IMG/VR virus record: IMGVR_UViG_3300025073_000001
Source of the DNA: a virus
Taxonomy: Duplodnaviria > Heunggongvirae > Uroviricota > Caudoviricetes
Length of the DNA stretch: 64,000 nucleotides
Strand: one strand, 5' to 3'
Part shown: one piece after another, positions 55,133-64,000 of the stretch
Numbering within the stretch: position 1 is the first letter of the stretch
Layout of the letters: each line of letters begins with the position of its first letter
Program-made: the position numbers and the translations under genes
The notes under the pieces: model-generated
Told to the model about the DNA's origin: nothing
Databases searched by the model: none
What the model saw: only the letters and a program-made list of their open reading frames with translations

Positions 55133-56029
55133 TTATTCATTTATTTGACTTTTAATCCAAGTTTCAAGTTTCATCTTTGGCTCCCATTTCAGGACTTTCT
55201 TCGCTAACTCATTGTTAGCCAACGTGATCAAAGGTTCTTTTTTTGCTTCCAAATGCTCTTTTGGATGATTATAATCAATCATATTACACAAAGCATTTAT
55301 TGAATGATTTTGACCTGAACCTAAATTGAAAACCCCTCTACATTCAGTTTGGAACGATTTGATGATTCCATCGACAATATCTTGCACATAGGTAAAATCT
55401 CGTCTCTGTTCACCAGTTCCAAATATCTTAAACGCTTCACCTTTTGAATAATTATCAAGAAATATCCGAATCGCCTGTTGATACTGTCCACCTTCAATCA
55501 TTCTCTCGCCGTAAACGTTGAAGAAGCGCAATATTCGGCAGTTCATTCCATACATTGATTCAAATAAAGAACAGTATTCTTCTCCAATCACTTTCTGCAA
55601 TGCGTAGGGCGAAAGTGGGTCAAGATGATCAAGTTCATGACTTGGAGTATTGTTCCATTTGTTTCCATAAACACTTGACGAAGATGCAAATATGAAGTCC
55701 TTTATTCCACATTTTACACACGCTTCTAAAAGGTTCAAAGTTCCAAACACGTTAACTCTGTCATATCTCAGTATATTTTCAAAACTCGGTTGAACTCTTG
55801 CTTTTGCTGCTAAGTGAATGACAACTTCAGAATCCCTTAAAACATTGCAAATATCAATTTGACTGACAGTTGAAATGTCAAACGGATAATAATGGGCAGA
55901 ATCGTTCATGTAAGTTCCAGAGGAGAAATCGTCAATGACGTGAACGTCATATTCCAATTCAATCAATTTATCAACGAGATGGCCGCCAATAAAACCACTT
56001 CCACCAACTACGATTATTTTCGTTTTCAT
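55133..56029 (-). CDS. NAD-dependent nucleotide-sugar epimerase/dehydratase (GalE-like)
   Basis: Rossmann GGSGFIGGHLV and catalytic YALQK (YxxxK); start set at MKTKIIVVGG. Confidence 0.7.
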   Translation of the reverse strand: MKTKIIVVGGSGFIGGHLVDKLIELEYDVHVIDDFSSGTYMNDSAHYYPFDISTVSQIDICNVLRDSEVVIHLAAKARVQPSFENILRYDRVNVFGTLNLLEACVKCGIKDFIFASSSSVYGNKWNNTPSHELDHLDPLSPYALQKVIGEEYCSLFESMYGMNCRILRFFNVYGERMIEGGQYQQAIRIFLDNYSKGEAFKIFGTGEQRRDFTYVQDIVDGIIKSFQTECRGVFNLGSGQNHSINALCNMIDYNHPKEHLEAKKEPLITLANNELAKKVLKWEPKMKLETWIKSQINE

Positions 56030-56271
56030 TTCTTTCGTTCTTTTAACCTTCTCTGAATATTCCATTCCTTCCAAAAGTTATCCATTTTCTTTGGAAATTC
56101 AATAAATCGTTCAAACCAAATTTTCCACGTTCTTTTACTTGCTTTAAGTTTTGGAACTCTGACAAATGCAGGAACTTTGACTTCTCCTATTGGAGTTTGA
56201 ACAATATTTGTCAAGTTTTCCTGACCACCTTGTTTATAAGTGTTTTTCTTTCCGATATCTGTTTTTTTCAT
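56026..56271 (-). CDS. basic small protein
   Basis: 81-aa ORF. Confidence 0.3.
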   Translation of the reverse strand: MKKTDIGKKNTYKQGGQENLTNIVQTPIGEVKVPAFVRVPKLKASKRTWKIWFERFIEFPKKMDNFWKEWNIQRRLKERKK

Positions 56272-56900
56272 TTTCTCTTTAATATTGTTAAACCTGGGCT
56301 GTCTTTCAATTCAAGTTCAATTTCCCAATCTCCTGCATCTAATAAATCAGTTATTGCAGAACCGTATGCATTTCTAAACAGCATTGTATCGTGAATTGCA
56401 ATGTGATTTGAAACGATTGGAGCGTGAAGTTTTAATTCATTCTTCAAATGTTCTTCTGAATGCAATGAATCTATGAACAAAAAGTCAATTTTATCAAAAT
56501 AAATTTCGGTTGATGAACATTCATGAATATAATATTCCTTTCCATTTTGCCACGCTAATTTATGTGCTTGAATTGCCCAAATATTTTTATCAAATCCCCT
56601 AAGTTTCTGAATTGGTCGTTTATGAACATCAATATCAACTGAATGGATTATCTTTGCTTTTGAAGCCAACAATGCCCAAGTTGAATTGACTTGATTTAAA
56701 CCGAACTCAACTGAAATATTCCCTTTACTTGAATATTTCCTCAGAACATCCATATAATGGCCGATCCATTTAATTGAATCCTTTCCGCCTTGATTTTCTG
56801 GTCTTGACTTGACCCAATTAAAGTTCTTTCTAATGGTTGATTGAAGTTGACACTTTTCAATGTTCTCGTCCGTCAACAAATCATAATATTCCGTCATCAA
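56268..56900 (-). CDS. putative class I SAM-dependent methyltransferase (sugar O-methyltransferase-like)
   Basis: ...VEFGLNQVNSTWALLAS...IHSVDID... resembles MTase fold motifs; weak. Confidence 0.35.
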   Translation of the reverse strand: MMTEYYDLLTDENIEKCQLQSTIRKNFNWVKSRPENQGGKDSIKWIGHYMDVLRKYSSKGNISVEFGLNQVNSTWALLASKAKIIHSVDIDVHKRPIQKLRGFDKNIWAIQAHKLAWQNGKEYYIHECSSTEIYFDKIDFLFIDSLHSEEHLKNELKLHAPIVSNHIAIHDTMLFRNAYGSAITDLLDAGDWEIELELKDSPGLTILKRK

Positions 56901-58153
56901 TCTTCCAAACTTATAGGTTCATTTTTACAAACAATTAAATCATTTTCATAGTGATTCATCGCGTTGATTGTTATCTTCAAGTTACCTAGTTCAAATTGCC
57001 CTATTTCACCTGATTGAGTGATGATTTCTGATAGATTTTGAATCGTTATAAAGTCGTTTTGGTTGAAAGTATGTCTATCAATTTCAACAACTATTTCTGG
57101 TTCAGAATCTCCCCATTCGGATATTACTTTCTTTTCTAAATCGAATTTAGTATTCGGTTGCTCATCTCTAATATAAGCATAGATAAATTGATTGTCTAAA
57201 TTCTTACTGGCTTCAAAATATGCAGTGCAATGATCGCACCAAGGTTCAAGGTGATATAATAGTGCAGAATCACAATTCTTAACTTGGAATCCAACGTTAT
57301 ATTGATGACTTGGTGTAATTGGATGATGCCATTTATCGTGTTGTGGAACTGATTTCCATTTACGAATAAAGTTTCTGAGTGATTTTGATTGTTGGCCATC
57401 CCATTCAGTTGAATTTTGACCAAAGGAAGTTAATGTCGGATTCCACCGTGAACCTGCACAACTTCTATGGTAGACGAATGATTTCCACGATTGAATGAAC
57501 TCACAACCATTGAACAAAAGTCTATTCCATAAATCATCATCTTCCCTTGAAGTTGGGCGAAATAAAGAATCACACCCTCCAATCGAAAGATATTCTTCAG
57601 TTTCCATCAAATATGGAGCAAAAATTCCCTTGGTAAAATTGACAGTCAATGCTCTGTATTTCTCATCAACATAATTTTGAAGTCTTTCTTCATCCAAATC
57701 TTTTGGATCATTTGGTAGCCAATCAAGACTAATTTTACATGGTTCAGGAGGATGAATTGAAGGTTCGCATCTAGTAGCAGAAATAACTCGTTTAGGTTCC
57801 ATCAATTCTAATATTCCATCCAACGAACCTTTTAACCAAACCATATCGGCATGAGCAAGAACGAATAATTTCGTTTTGACTCTTTCAACCAATGAATTGA
57901 AAAGTATAACATGACCTAATCGTTCTGGTCCAGAATTGACAATAAAATCAAATCGTTCGTCTTTTTGACGAATCTCTTCCATCCAAAACTTACTTCCATC
58001 AATTGTACTAAAATCATCAGCACACAGAATAAATGGTTCATTTCCTATATTTCTACGAATAGAATCATATGCAAATTTTAGAAAGTGAAGATTTTCTCTT
58101 GAAGGGATTATGAATGTGACATCTGAATAATTATATTTTTTAATCATTTTCAA
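56897..58153 (-). CDS. family 2 glycosyltransferase
   Basis: N-terminal VTFIIPSRENLHFLKFAYDSIRRN...FILCADD typical of GT2. Confidence 0.6.
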   Translation of the reverse strand: MKMIKKYNYSDVTFIIPSRENLHFLKFAYDSIRRNIGNEPFILCADDFSTIDGSKFWMEEIRQKDERFDFIVNSGPERLGHVILFNSLVERVKTKLFVLAHADMVWLKGSLDGILELMEPKRVISATRCEPSIHPPEPCKISLDWLPNDPKDLDEERLQNYVDEKYRALTVNFTKGIFAPYLMETEEYLSIGGCDSLFRPTSREDDDLWNRLLFNGCEFIQSWKSFVYHRSCAGSRWNPTLTSFGQNSTEWDGQQSKSLRNFIRKWKSVPQHDKWHHPITPSHQYNVGFQVKNCDSALLYHLEPWCDHCTAYFEASKNLDNQFIYAYIRDEQPNTKFDLEKKVISEWGDSEPEIVVEIDRHTFNQNDFITIQNLSEIITQSGEIGQFELGNLKITINAMNHYENDLIVCKNEPISLED

Positions 58154-59000
58154 AGATCGTTATTGTTCCATCATATTTTATTCTAATAAATTTACATTTT
58201 AAGAATTTCATAATTTCACATTGCCTATTAATGTCTTTTTCTTTCAATTTTCCATTTTTATGAAAATGTTTAATTTCATCAAACTCAATCACAACGTTGT
58301 TTTCTTCATCATATCCATCAACCCAATAACCTAATTCTTTAATATGAAATTCTCCGCCATTTTCAGCGTGTTGAAAATTATATTCATTTTCTAATCCATA
58401 TTGTTCAATTATAGTTATTGATTTTGGATTATACATCGGAGAATATTGGCCGATTAATAATTCGCGCTGTCTTTGTGCAGCCAAACGCATTTTCAATAAA
58501 ACACCATCTTGAGTAACCGGATTATTTTCGGTCATTCTTTTTGATATTTTTTCTTTATTTTCAGGTTTAAATGATGGATTATTTTCCTTAAAGTATATTC
58601 GTTTTTGTTCTCTAGATTCTTCCGATATGAATTTTGGCATTTCATGCATCATCTTCATATGACAACTTTTACATTTTCTATTTTCGGAAATAGCTCTATT
58701 AACATTTGCTATTGACATTTCTGTTTTCTTATTGCAACATGGATACTGATAAATTAAAGTTTGGTGATAAATTTTGCCTTTTTTACTTGTCGGTTTACTA
58801 TATCTTACACACGAATGACATAAATTTGTACGTTTCTGAGATATTCCCTTACATTTTGGATTATTGCTGGGATTTGAGCAGATTACGGTTTTATTTTTAC
58901 ATTCTTCACAAATAGTATTATAATTACACGCTTTAGTAAAAATCCATTTATGTTTATAATTTATATTTTCAGCGCATTCTGGACATTTTCTTTCAAACAT
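58140..59000 (-). mobile_element. possible homing-endonuclease-like protein: N-terminal zinc fingers, NUMOD3-like repeat, Vsr/PD-(D/E)xK-like C-terminus
   Basis: CPEC...CEEC...CHSC; NNPSFKPENKEKISKRMTENNPV; GYWVDGYDEENNVVIEFDE. Confidence 0.35.
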
Positions 59001-59152
59001 TGATTTAATTTTCCTTCTTCAATTTTAGTGAAATAATTTTGAAGAAGTGTCTGAACCAACTCATTTATTTTCAATCCTTGTTCAGCACAATGAACCTTTA
59101 GAGTTTTATGTAAATCTAAATCAATTTGAATTGGCGTTTGTTTCTTCTTCAT
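58961..59152 (-). CDS. ribbon-helix-helix (CopG/Arc-like) DNA-binding protein
   Basis: IQIDLDLHKTLKVHCAEQGLKINELVQTLL resembles RHH beta-strand + helices. Confidence 0.4.
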   Translation of the reverse strand: MKKKQTPIQIDLDLHKTLKVHCAEQGLKINELVQTLLQNYFTKIEEGKLNQCLKENVQNALKI

Positions 59153-59210
59153 ATCACTAATAATTATCCAAAATAAAATTAAAAACCTATATTCTTATAG
59201 TTTTATAGTG

Positions 59211-59462
59211 TTAAACTTTATTTAAAATCCAAGTTCCACGATTGCATTGTTTAATCTTCCCTTCTTTTTGAAGCTTATTCAGGAAATAATACGTTCCAGA
59301 AACTGCCCCTCTTCCGGGTTGAACGAATGCTCTGCCTTTGAAAAATTCATCATCCTTGTCATATTGCTCTTTGTAAACAACGTTTCTGGCAATCAATCTC
59401 GTTGAAACTGGATATGATTTACCTTCTAGGTAATTGAGTATTTTCTGGTAATTAGGATTCAT
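59211..59462 (-). CDS. hypothetical protein
   Basis: 83-aa ORF. Confidence 0.35.
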   Translation of the reverse strand: MNPNYQKILNYLEGKSYPVSTRLIARNVVYKEQYDKDDEFFKGRAFVQPGRGAVSGTYYFLNKLQKEGKIKQCNRGTWILNKV

Positions 59463-59533
59463 ATTTAAAATTTAAAAATGGGGAATGATATTTCACACTC
59501 CCCATCTAACTTCACAGTTCAAAAAAATTGATT

Positions 59534-60148
59534 TTATTTGGAATTTACTGCTTGATTAATTTCCTCATCAGTTGGAACTTTTGTTTTAGTTTTAACTCCA
59601 GTGATTGGTTCCGTTTTTCTATCAAGAACTTTGTTTAATTCTTGACCTGAAATCGTCAAAGGTTCTCCCATTGCGACTTTCTTCCAATTTTCACCCGTTG
59701 CTAAGATTGGAACCTTTTCAGGAATTGCTTCCTTAGCAAACGGAATGTAAATGGTCAAGAGTCCATCTTCAAACACAGATTGAATTCCAGATGAATCAAA
59801 GTTTGAAGTAATTCGCCATTCAAGGTCAAAATCTCTCAACGCCAAACCTTTCTTAATGTAGGTTTTTTCTCCGACACTTTCTTTGTCTGAACGGGTGAAC
59901 TTGATACGAAGTTTGTCAGATGTCTTGGTTATTTCAATGTCATCTGCCTTTGCTTTCAACACTGGAATTTCAAATACTAAGAATTCCTTATTGAACCAAG
60001 AATCCAAAGGATAGTCAACTTGACTTGAACCTCTGAACGGTTGAAATTGTGAATGTTGTTTTAAAAGATTCTTGATGTCAAGTCCATCAAAGAATTTGTC
60101 TGCAAAAATTGCTGGATCGTTTGCGAAATAATAAGTTCTGTGACTCAT
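59534..60148 (-). CDS. small heat-shock protein (Hsp20/alpha-crystallin family)
   Basis: ...FEIPVLKAKADDIEITKTSDKLRIKFTRSDKES...GLLTIYIPF; start set at MSHRTYYF. Confidence 0.5.
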   Translation of the reverse strand: MSHRTYYFANDPAIFADKFFDGLDIKNLLKQHSQFQPFRGSSQVDYPLDSWFNKEFLVFEIPVLKAKADDIEITKTSDKLRIKFTRSDKESVGEKTYIKKGLALRDFDLEWRITSNFDSSGIQSVFEDGLLTIYIPFAKEAIPEKVPILATGENWKKVAMGEPLTISGQELNKVLDRKTEPITGVKTKTKVPTDEEINQAVNSK

Positions 60149-60272
60149 AATAATTCTCCTTAGATGAATTAATTGGTTAATTTGTCCAATATCGGACGGT
60201 TTTTGCACTTCTAAACGATAGTGCAGTTTTGCCCTTCAATTTGGGCGATTGTGAACTGTGAAGATTTCTTAC

Positions 60273-60491
60273 TTAGATCAAATCTGAGAAAAAGTCCCAG
60301 AATTTTCTCTCTGTAATTGTTATAATGGTTTGAGCCTTATCCAACCATCCTAACTTTGATGCAACCCGTAAATAAATTACTCTTCCATCAGAATTTGGTG
60401 TATTCTTAGCATTTCCAGTGATGTCAAATACTTGATAGTCATAACTGGTGTTTTTAAGGCGGACTTTGTCGCCAATTTCAACTTTTTCCAT
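60273..60491 (-). CDS. hypothetical protein
   Basis: 72-aa ORF. Confidence 0.35.
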   Translation of the reverse strand: MEKVEIGDKVRLKNTSYDYQVFDITGNAKNTPNSDGRVIYLRVASKLGWLDKAQTIITITERKFWDFFSDLI

Positions 60492-60507
60492 AATTAGATT
60501 TCCTTTT

Positions 60508-60861
60508 TTATTTGTTTAATAATTTTAAATCTTCTGGATACTGCGTTGCATGACCATTGTCAATTAACCATTGATTGATATTTTCACCATCAAGAAAAAT
60601 TTCACATAACCATCTCCCGTATTTATCTTTAGAATCTTTAAACGTTTGAATAATTACCTCTTTTCCTAGAATTTTATCTCTCAATGCGTCTCTTGAAGCA
60701 ATTCCAAGCGTTTTTGACTTACCTCTGATTTCTGGAGCATCGACGTATAATAATCTGAACTTTTGATTAAAAACGTGAATGTAAAATCCCAAGTCTAAAT
60801 CAATCGTAATCGTATCACCATCATAAACTTGTTTAATTGTTGCGGTATATTTAAATTCCAA
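60508..60861 (-). CDS. thermonuclease (staphylococcal nuclease-like)
   Basis: VYDGDTITIDLD...RLLYVDAPEIRG...KYGRWLCEIF matches SNase motifs. Confidence 0.6.
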   Translation of the reverse strand: MEFKYTATIKQVYDGDTITIDLDLGFYIHVFNQKFRLLYVDAPEIRGKSKTLGIASRDALRDKILGKEVIIQTFKDSKDKYGRWLCEIFLDGENINQWLIDNGHATQYPEDLKLLNK

Positions 60862-61810
60862 TAATAGCCTCCTTAAACCTTTCTATAAATATCTCTTCTG
60901 AATAAATTTCAATATATTTCTTATATGCGTATTCAGCGCAATGATCGTAAAAGAGTTGATTTTCCTTCAGATGTTTTGCAATTAAAGTTGCTGATTTCAT
61001 ATTTCCAGTTGGAACTGTCAACTCAGGGAATAAAAGTCGCTGCGTGTCACAGCCTTCTGGATTATTTTCATCAGTTCTTCCCCAACCAATACATGGAATT
61101 TTAAGTCTGGCACACGCTAAACTGAACGATCCTGCTGCAAATGTTCGCATCAAGTTGACTCCAAACTTTCTCTTGTTCAATTCTAAGAACCACTGCTGCC
61201 AATTCATATATGGAAGATGAGTCAACCCTTCTAATTGTTCTTCATTGGCAATTCTTCGACCCATTGAAGGAGCATAGACTTCGTTAGGGCTTAAAATTTG
61301 CCCTACAATGAACGAATCCATTCCTCCGTACCAAGAACACATATTGCCTGAGATCATTGAACCTGAGCGATCCTCCGTAGAAATAAGGGGTAAACTGGCT
61401 TCTATCAGTAAACTTGGAAAGGTTTCGACAATGTGATCTGGAAATAACCCTTCAAAGTAAAGTTTATCCTGTTCATTATGACAAAGAATCAAGTTGACTT
61501 GACTTAGGAGATTGAGATAATTGATTTGGTCAATCATTTCATAATCCATCCACATTGTTTGTGGACCTTCTTGCATGACTGCCCATTTCTTACATTTTTC
61601 TCTGCTCCTCGCAAATCCTTCAAAGGCAACTGATGGATTCTTCTTAGGGACGATGATGATTCCTATATCGTATTCCTTTGGACCTGGTGATTGATTTAAA
61701 GGGCAATGTTCTGCATTCAAAATGAATTGCCAATTCAGGTCAGTCCTGCCACAACCTTCAAGTGGAGGAACTCCCCAATGTTGTCCTTCGGTATAGAAGC
61801 ATATTTTCAT
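60851..61810 (-). CDS. hypothetical protein (possible glycosyltransferase-like)
   Basis: 319 aa; follows sugar-modification gene cluster; no firm motif. Confidence 0.35.
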   Translation of the reverse strand: MKICFYTEGQHWGVPPLEGCGRTDLNWQFILNAEHCPLNQSPGPKEYDIGIIIVPKKNPSVAFEGFARSREKCKKWAVMQEGPQTMWMDYEMIDQINYLNLLSQVNLILCHNEQDKLYFEGLFPDHIVETFPSLLIEASLPLISTEDRSGSMISGNMCSWYGGMDSFIVGQILSPNEVYAPSMGRRIANEEQLEGLTHLPYMNWQQWFLELNKRKFGVNLMRTFAAGSFSLACARLKIPCIGWGRTDENNPEGCDTQRLLFPELTVPTGNMKSATLIAKHLKENQLFYDHCAEYAYKKYIEIYSEEIFIERFKEAIIGI

Positions 61811-62046
61811 GAAATGTGAAATAATTCTTTTAAAGATTCCATTGTAATTTGTGGAACTCGGTGAATTTTTAATTCTTCAACACAATCATATAAATCTAAA
61901 TGAGTGTAAAGTTTAATATAATGATCAAATTGAATTTCACGAGCATCTCTCAGTTTTGAAACGCATTTAAAATATTCCTTGGGATATCTGTAAAATTTGA
62001 TAAAATCATCAAATCTCTTGTGATCTGAAACTACTGCTATTTTCAT
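61807..62046 (-). CDS. hypothetical protein
   Basis: 79-aa ORF. Confidence 0.35.
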   Translation of the reverse strand: MKIAVVSDHKRFDDFIKFYRYPKEYFKCVSKLRDAREIQFDHYIKLYTHLDLYDCVEELKIHRVPQITMESLKELFHIS

Positions 62047-62047
62047 A

Positions 62048-62296
62048 TTATTCTACTTCTCGCAAAAATTTATAACACAATAGAAAATCGTCTTTTTTCG
62101 TCAAGAACGTGGGATCTTGCCAATTTTTAGGAATTGGGAACTTGGAATGATTGGTATAGATTCCTTTCGCATCAATTCCTAATATGCGAACTTCGGCACC
62201 AAAAATGTCAAAAATTGGAAATTGATCTGTTCGAGTCGAAATATTATATGACCAAATTTGTCCTACTTTCGGAGATTTCTTTAAAAAATTAAACAT
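62048..62296 (-). CDS. hypothetical protein
   Basis: 82-aa ORF. Confidence 0.35.
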   Translation of the reverse strand: MFNFLKKSPKVGQIWSYNISTRTDQFPIFDIFGAEVRILGIDAKGIYTNHSKFPIPKNWQDPTFLTKKDDFLLCYKFLREVE

Positions 62297-62307
62297 ATTT
62301 TGAAAAT

Positions 62308-62871
62308 TTAAATGATTTCATCAATTATTCCATATTCAAGTGATTCTTCAGGAGTCAAGTACCAATCTTTCTTCAATGAATTTACTTCTTTGAGTTTCTT
62401 CTTGGTCAACTTGGTCTTTGAAATGATAATTCCTTCAAGAAGTTTCTGCAATCTTTTATATTCAATGACATCATCCTTTATATCTTCCAATCTGCCCCAA
62501 GTCCCTGCTGAAAGTTGATGATATAATTGGGTTGAATATTTGTGTCCGAACCTTTTATGACCTGAAATCAAGAGAATCAAACCAGCACTCATCGCAACGC
62601 CGGTTGAAATTGTATTGATTGGAGTCTTTGAATTCTCCATAATTGAAACCAACCCTAATATCTGGTAAACTGAACCTCCGAAGCAATCAATGTGAATTTT
62701 AATCGGTTCAGGTTCATATTTCAAGTTGTAGACTGAAAACAACCTTCTCAGATGATCATCATCTTCGTTTATTTCAACGATCGATTCGGTTAATTTTCTA
62801 ATTGAATCGTTATCAACACCTTCTGAGAAATACAGATTTCTCTTGAGTGGAAGTGGTAAGTTCAAACTCAT
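62308..62871 (-). CDS. clpP: ClpP-family serine protease
   Basis: IDCFGGSVYQILGLVSIMENSKTPINTISTGVAMSAGLILLISGHKRFGHKYSTQLYHQLSAG matches ClpP Ser/His region. Confidence 0.65.
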   Translation of the reverse strand: MSLNLPLPLKRNLYFSEGVDNDSIRKLTESIVEINEDDDHLRRLFSVYNLKYEPEPIKIHIDCFGGSVYQILGLVSIMENSKTPINTISTGVAMSAGLILLISGHKRFGHKYSTQLYHQLSAGTWGRLEDIKDDVIEYKRLQKLLEGIIISKTKLTKKKLKEVNSLKKDWYLTPEESLEYGIIDEII

Positions 62872-63371
62872 GCAAGTAAATTATTTAAATGATTAACCAT
62901 TTCTTCAATCTTTTCTCCTTCATGGTGAAAATTAGTGAAATCCTCATTTTCTTTCCGATACATTTCCCAAAGTGATTTATTTCCAAATTCAATACACGCT
63001 TCAACATTAGCAATTCTGTCACATAATTTCAAGTAAATTGCATTTATATCACGGTTCAATTTTACTCCAGAATTTATCTTTCTCTCTTTTCTGTTTTTGC
63101 AGTTCTCGTCTGTAACTAAAAAAACTAAATGGGCAATGTACCATCCAAATTCGTCCCAAATTTCTTCAAAACTTATTTTAGTATCTTCTAAAACATCATG
63201 AAGATAAGCAGCAACTTGAACATCATGATTCAGTTTAAATCTAACTGCTACTTCATACGTCTTTTGAAGATGGTAGAAATATTCTTGATCAGCGTAAGTT
63301 TGACCAATATGGGCATTTCTAGCGAAGTCAATTGCTCGGTCTAATTCAGATTGTTTCTGTTCGGTTGTCAT
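62868..63371 (-). CDS. HD-domain (p)ppGpp hydrolase-like protein (SpoT-type small alarmone hydrolase)
   Basis: H...AAYLHDVLEDT motif typical of RelA/SpoT HD hydrolase domain. Confidence 0.55.
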   Translation of the reverse strand: MTTEQKQSELDRAIDFARNAHIGQTYADQEYFYHLQKTYEVAVRFKLNHDVQVAAYLHDVLEDTKISFEEIWDEFGWYIAHLVFLVTDENCKNRKERKINSGVKLNRDINAIYLKLCDRIANVEACIEFGNKSLWEMYRKENEDFTNFHHEGEKIEEMVNHLNNLLA

Positions 63372-63615
63372 CTAATATTTTATTTATTTCAATTAAAACT
63401 TCTTCAAATTCTTTTAACGGAATTGATATAATATGCATTTTATTTTTCCACGCTGAAATTAGCCATTTACCAAGACTATCTTCAAAGAAATATTCAGATA
63501 AATAGAAATGAATCCCTTCTTTAAATCCAAATTGATACAAGTCTTCATCATCTTCAACTCGCGTGACTTTACAATAATCCCAAGTTGTAATTGATTGAAT
63601 CTGTTCTAGGTACAT
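63346..63615 (-). CDS. hypothetical protein
   Basis: 89-aa ORF. Confidence 0.35.
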   Translation of the reverse strand: MYLEQIQSITTWDYCKVTRVEDDEDLYQFGFKEGIHFYLSEYFFEDSLGKWLISAWKNKMHIISIPLKEFEEVLIEINKILDDNRTETI

Positions 63616-64000
63616 TCTTTTAAAGTTTTAAATTCTACTGAATAATTTTCAACTAAATGATCCAAACTCAAGCAAAGTTGATCAAAATTATTTTGATTCC
63701 AAACGTTGTGATTGTGTTTTCCTGCAATGTGCGATTGGAACATAATCATTCCGGTTTGATTTCCTTCACCATCGTCAGTTGTATTATGAATGGAAATATT
63801 TTCTTGTTGAATTCCATCATGACCGAAGAAAGTTTTACAATTCCATTTCATTCCTCGATTGTGTTCATAATGGACTGCGACATATTCAATCTCTCTTCCA
63901 TCGTACCAGAAATTATTAATAGAAGATTTACTTCTATCAGACATGGCCCATCCCGGAGTTCTGAAACCAACTGGATAAATTCCACATTCTGCCCATTCCC
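63606..64000 (-). CDS. hypothetical protein, 3' part (reading frame stays open upstream to window end)
   Basis: frame of ORF 63606..63944 continues without stop to 64000 (...EWAECGIYPVGFRTPGWAMSDRS...). Confidence 0.4.
   Translation of the reverse strand, partial: EWAECGIYPVGFRTPGWAMSDRSKSSINNFWYDGREIEYVAVHYEHNRGMKWNCKTFFGHDGIQQENISIHNTTDDGEGNQTGMIMFQSHIAGKHNHNVWNQNNFDQLCLSLDHLVENYSVEFKTLKECT

Noticed and set aside
457-62518. Plus-strand ORFs from the six-frame track, e.g. 457..639, 948..1160, 2585..2785, 4691..5059, 5260..5526, 8254..8490, 38450..38986, 54427..54876, 62312..62518
   Set aside because: All lie antisense within longer minus-strand genes that have homology and motif support. 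They match the low-GC, codon-poor composition expected of spurious antisense frames. The only plus-strand gene kept (18214..18504) has its own promoter and terminator.

Overview
This 64-kb window reads as a segment of a large AT-rich (about 33% GC) T4-like myophage genome. Almost every gene is on the minus strand; the one exception is a 96-aa ORF at 18214..18504 on the plus strand. Recognisable gene classes:
- Structural: baseplate wedge gp6-like, gp25-like, and a gp5-like OB-fold hub protein.
- Lysis: two Amidase_2 enzymes, a T4-type lysozyme, and a candidate holin.
- Accessory: NAD-dependent epimerase, GT2 glycosyltransferase, methyltransferase, Hsp20, SNase, ClpP, two HD-domain hydrolases, a PAS-domain membrane protein, ParB-like and GNAT proteins.
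- Mobile: seven HNH/GIY-YIG homing-endonuclease genes plus one NUMOD3/Vsr-like candidate.

A roughly 10-kb tRNA island (25.3-35.0 kb) holds at least 18 tRNA genes, several degenerate tRNA-like elements, and a GIY-YIG endonuclease gene. Promoter-like motifs across the window fit the Bacteroidota sigma-A consensus TTTG-N19-21-TAnnTTTG. Together with '...FSQ/GQ'-type signal peptides, this points to a Flavobacteriia-type host.

The most unusual content:
- A solo IS605-family TnpB-like gene (14413..15594) with no TnpA. It has no CxxC zinc finger and shows an apparent Glu-to-Asn substitution at the RuvC-II position. This may be an RNA-guided protein that the phage has repurposed.
- A five-member tandem family of small proteins ending in 'LPEHE', with overlapping stop/start codons. 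One copy carries an in-frame TAA.
- Two duplicated 'small gene + HNH' cassettes flanking the baseplate genes.
- A triplicated 110-120-aa paralog family in the tRNA island.
- Several structured non-coding regions.

All tRNA calls and motif assignments were made by eye from the sequence. Coordinates are approximate to a few nucleotides.
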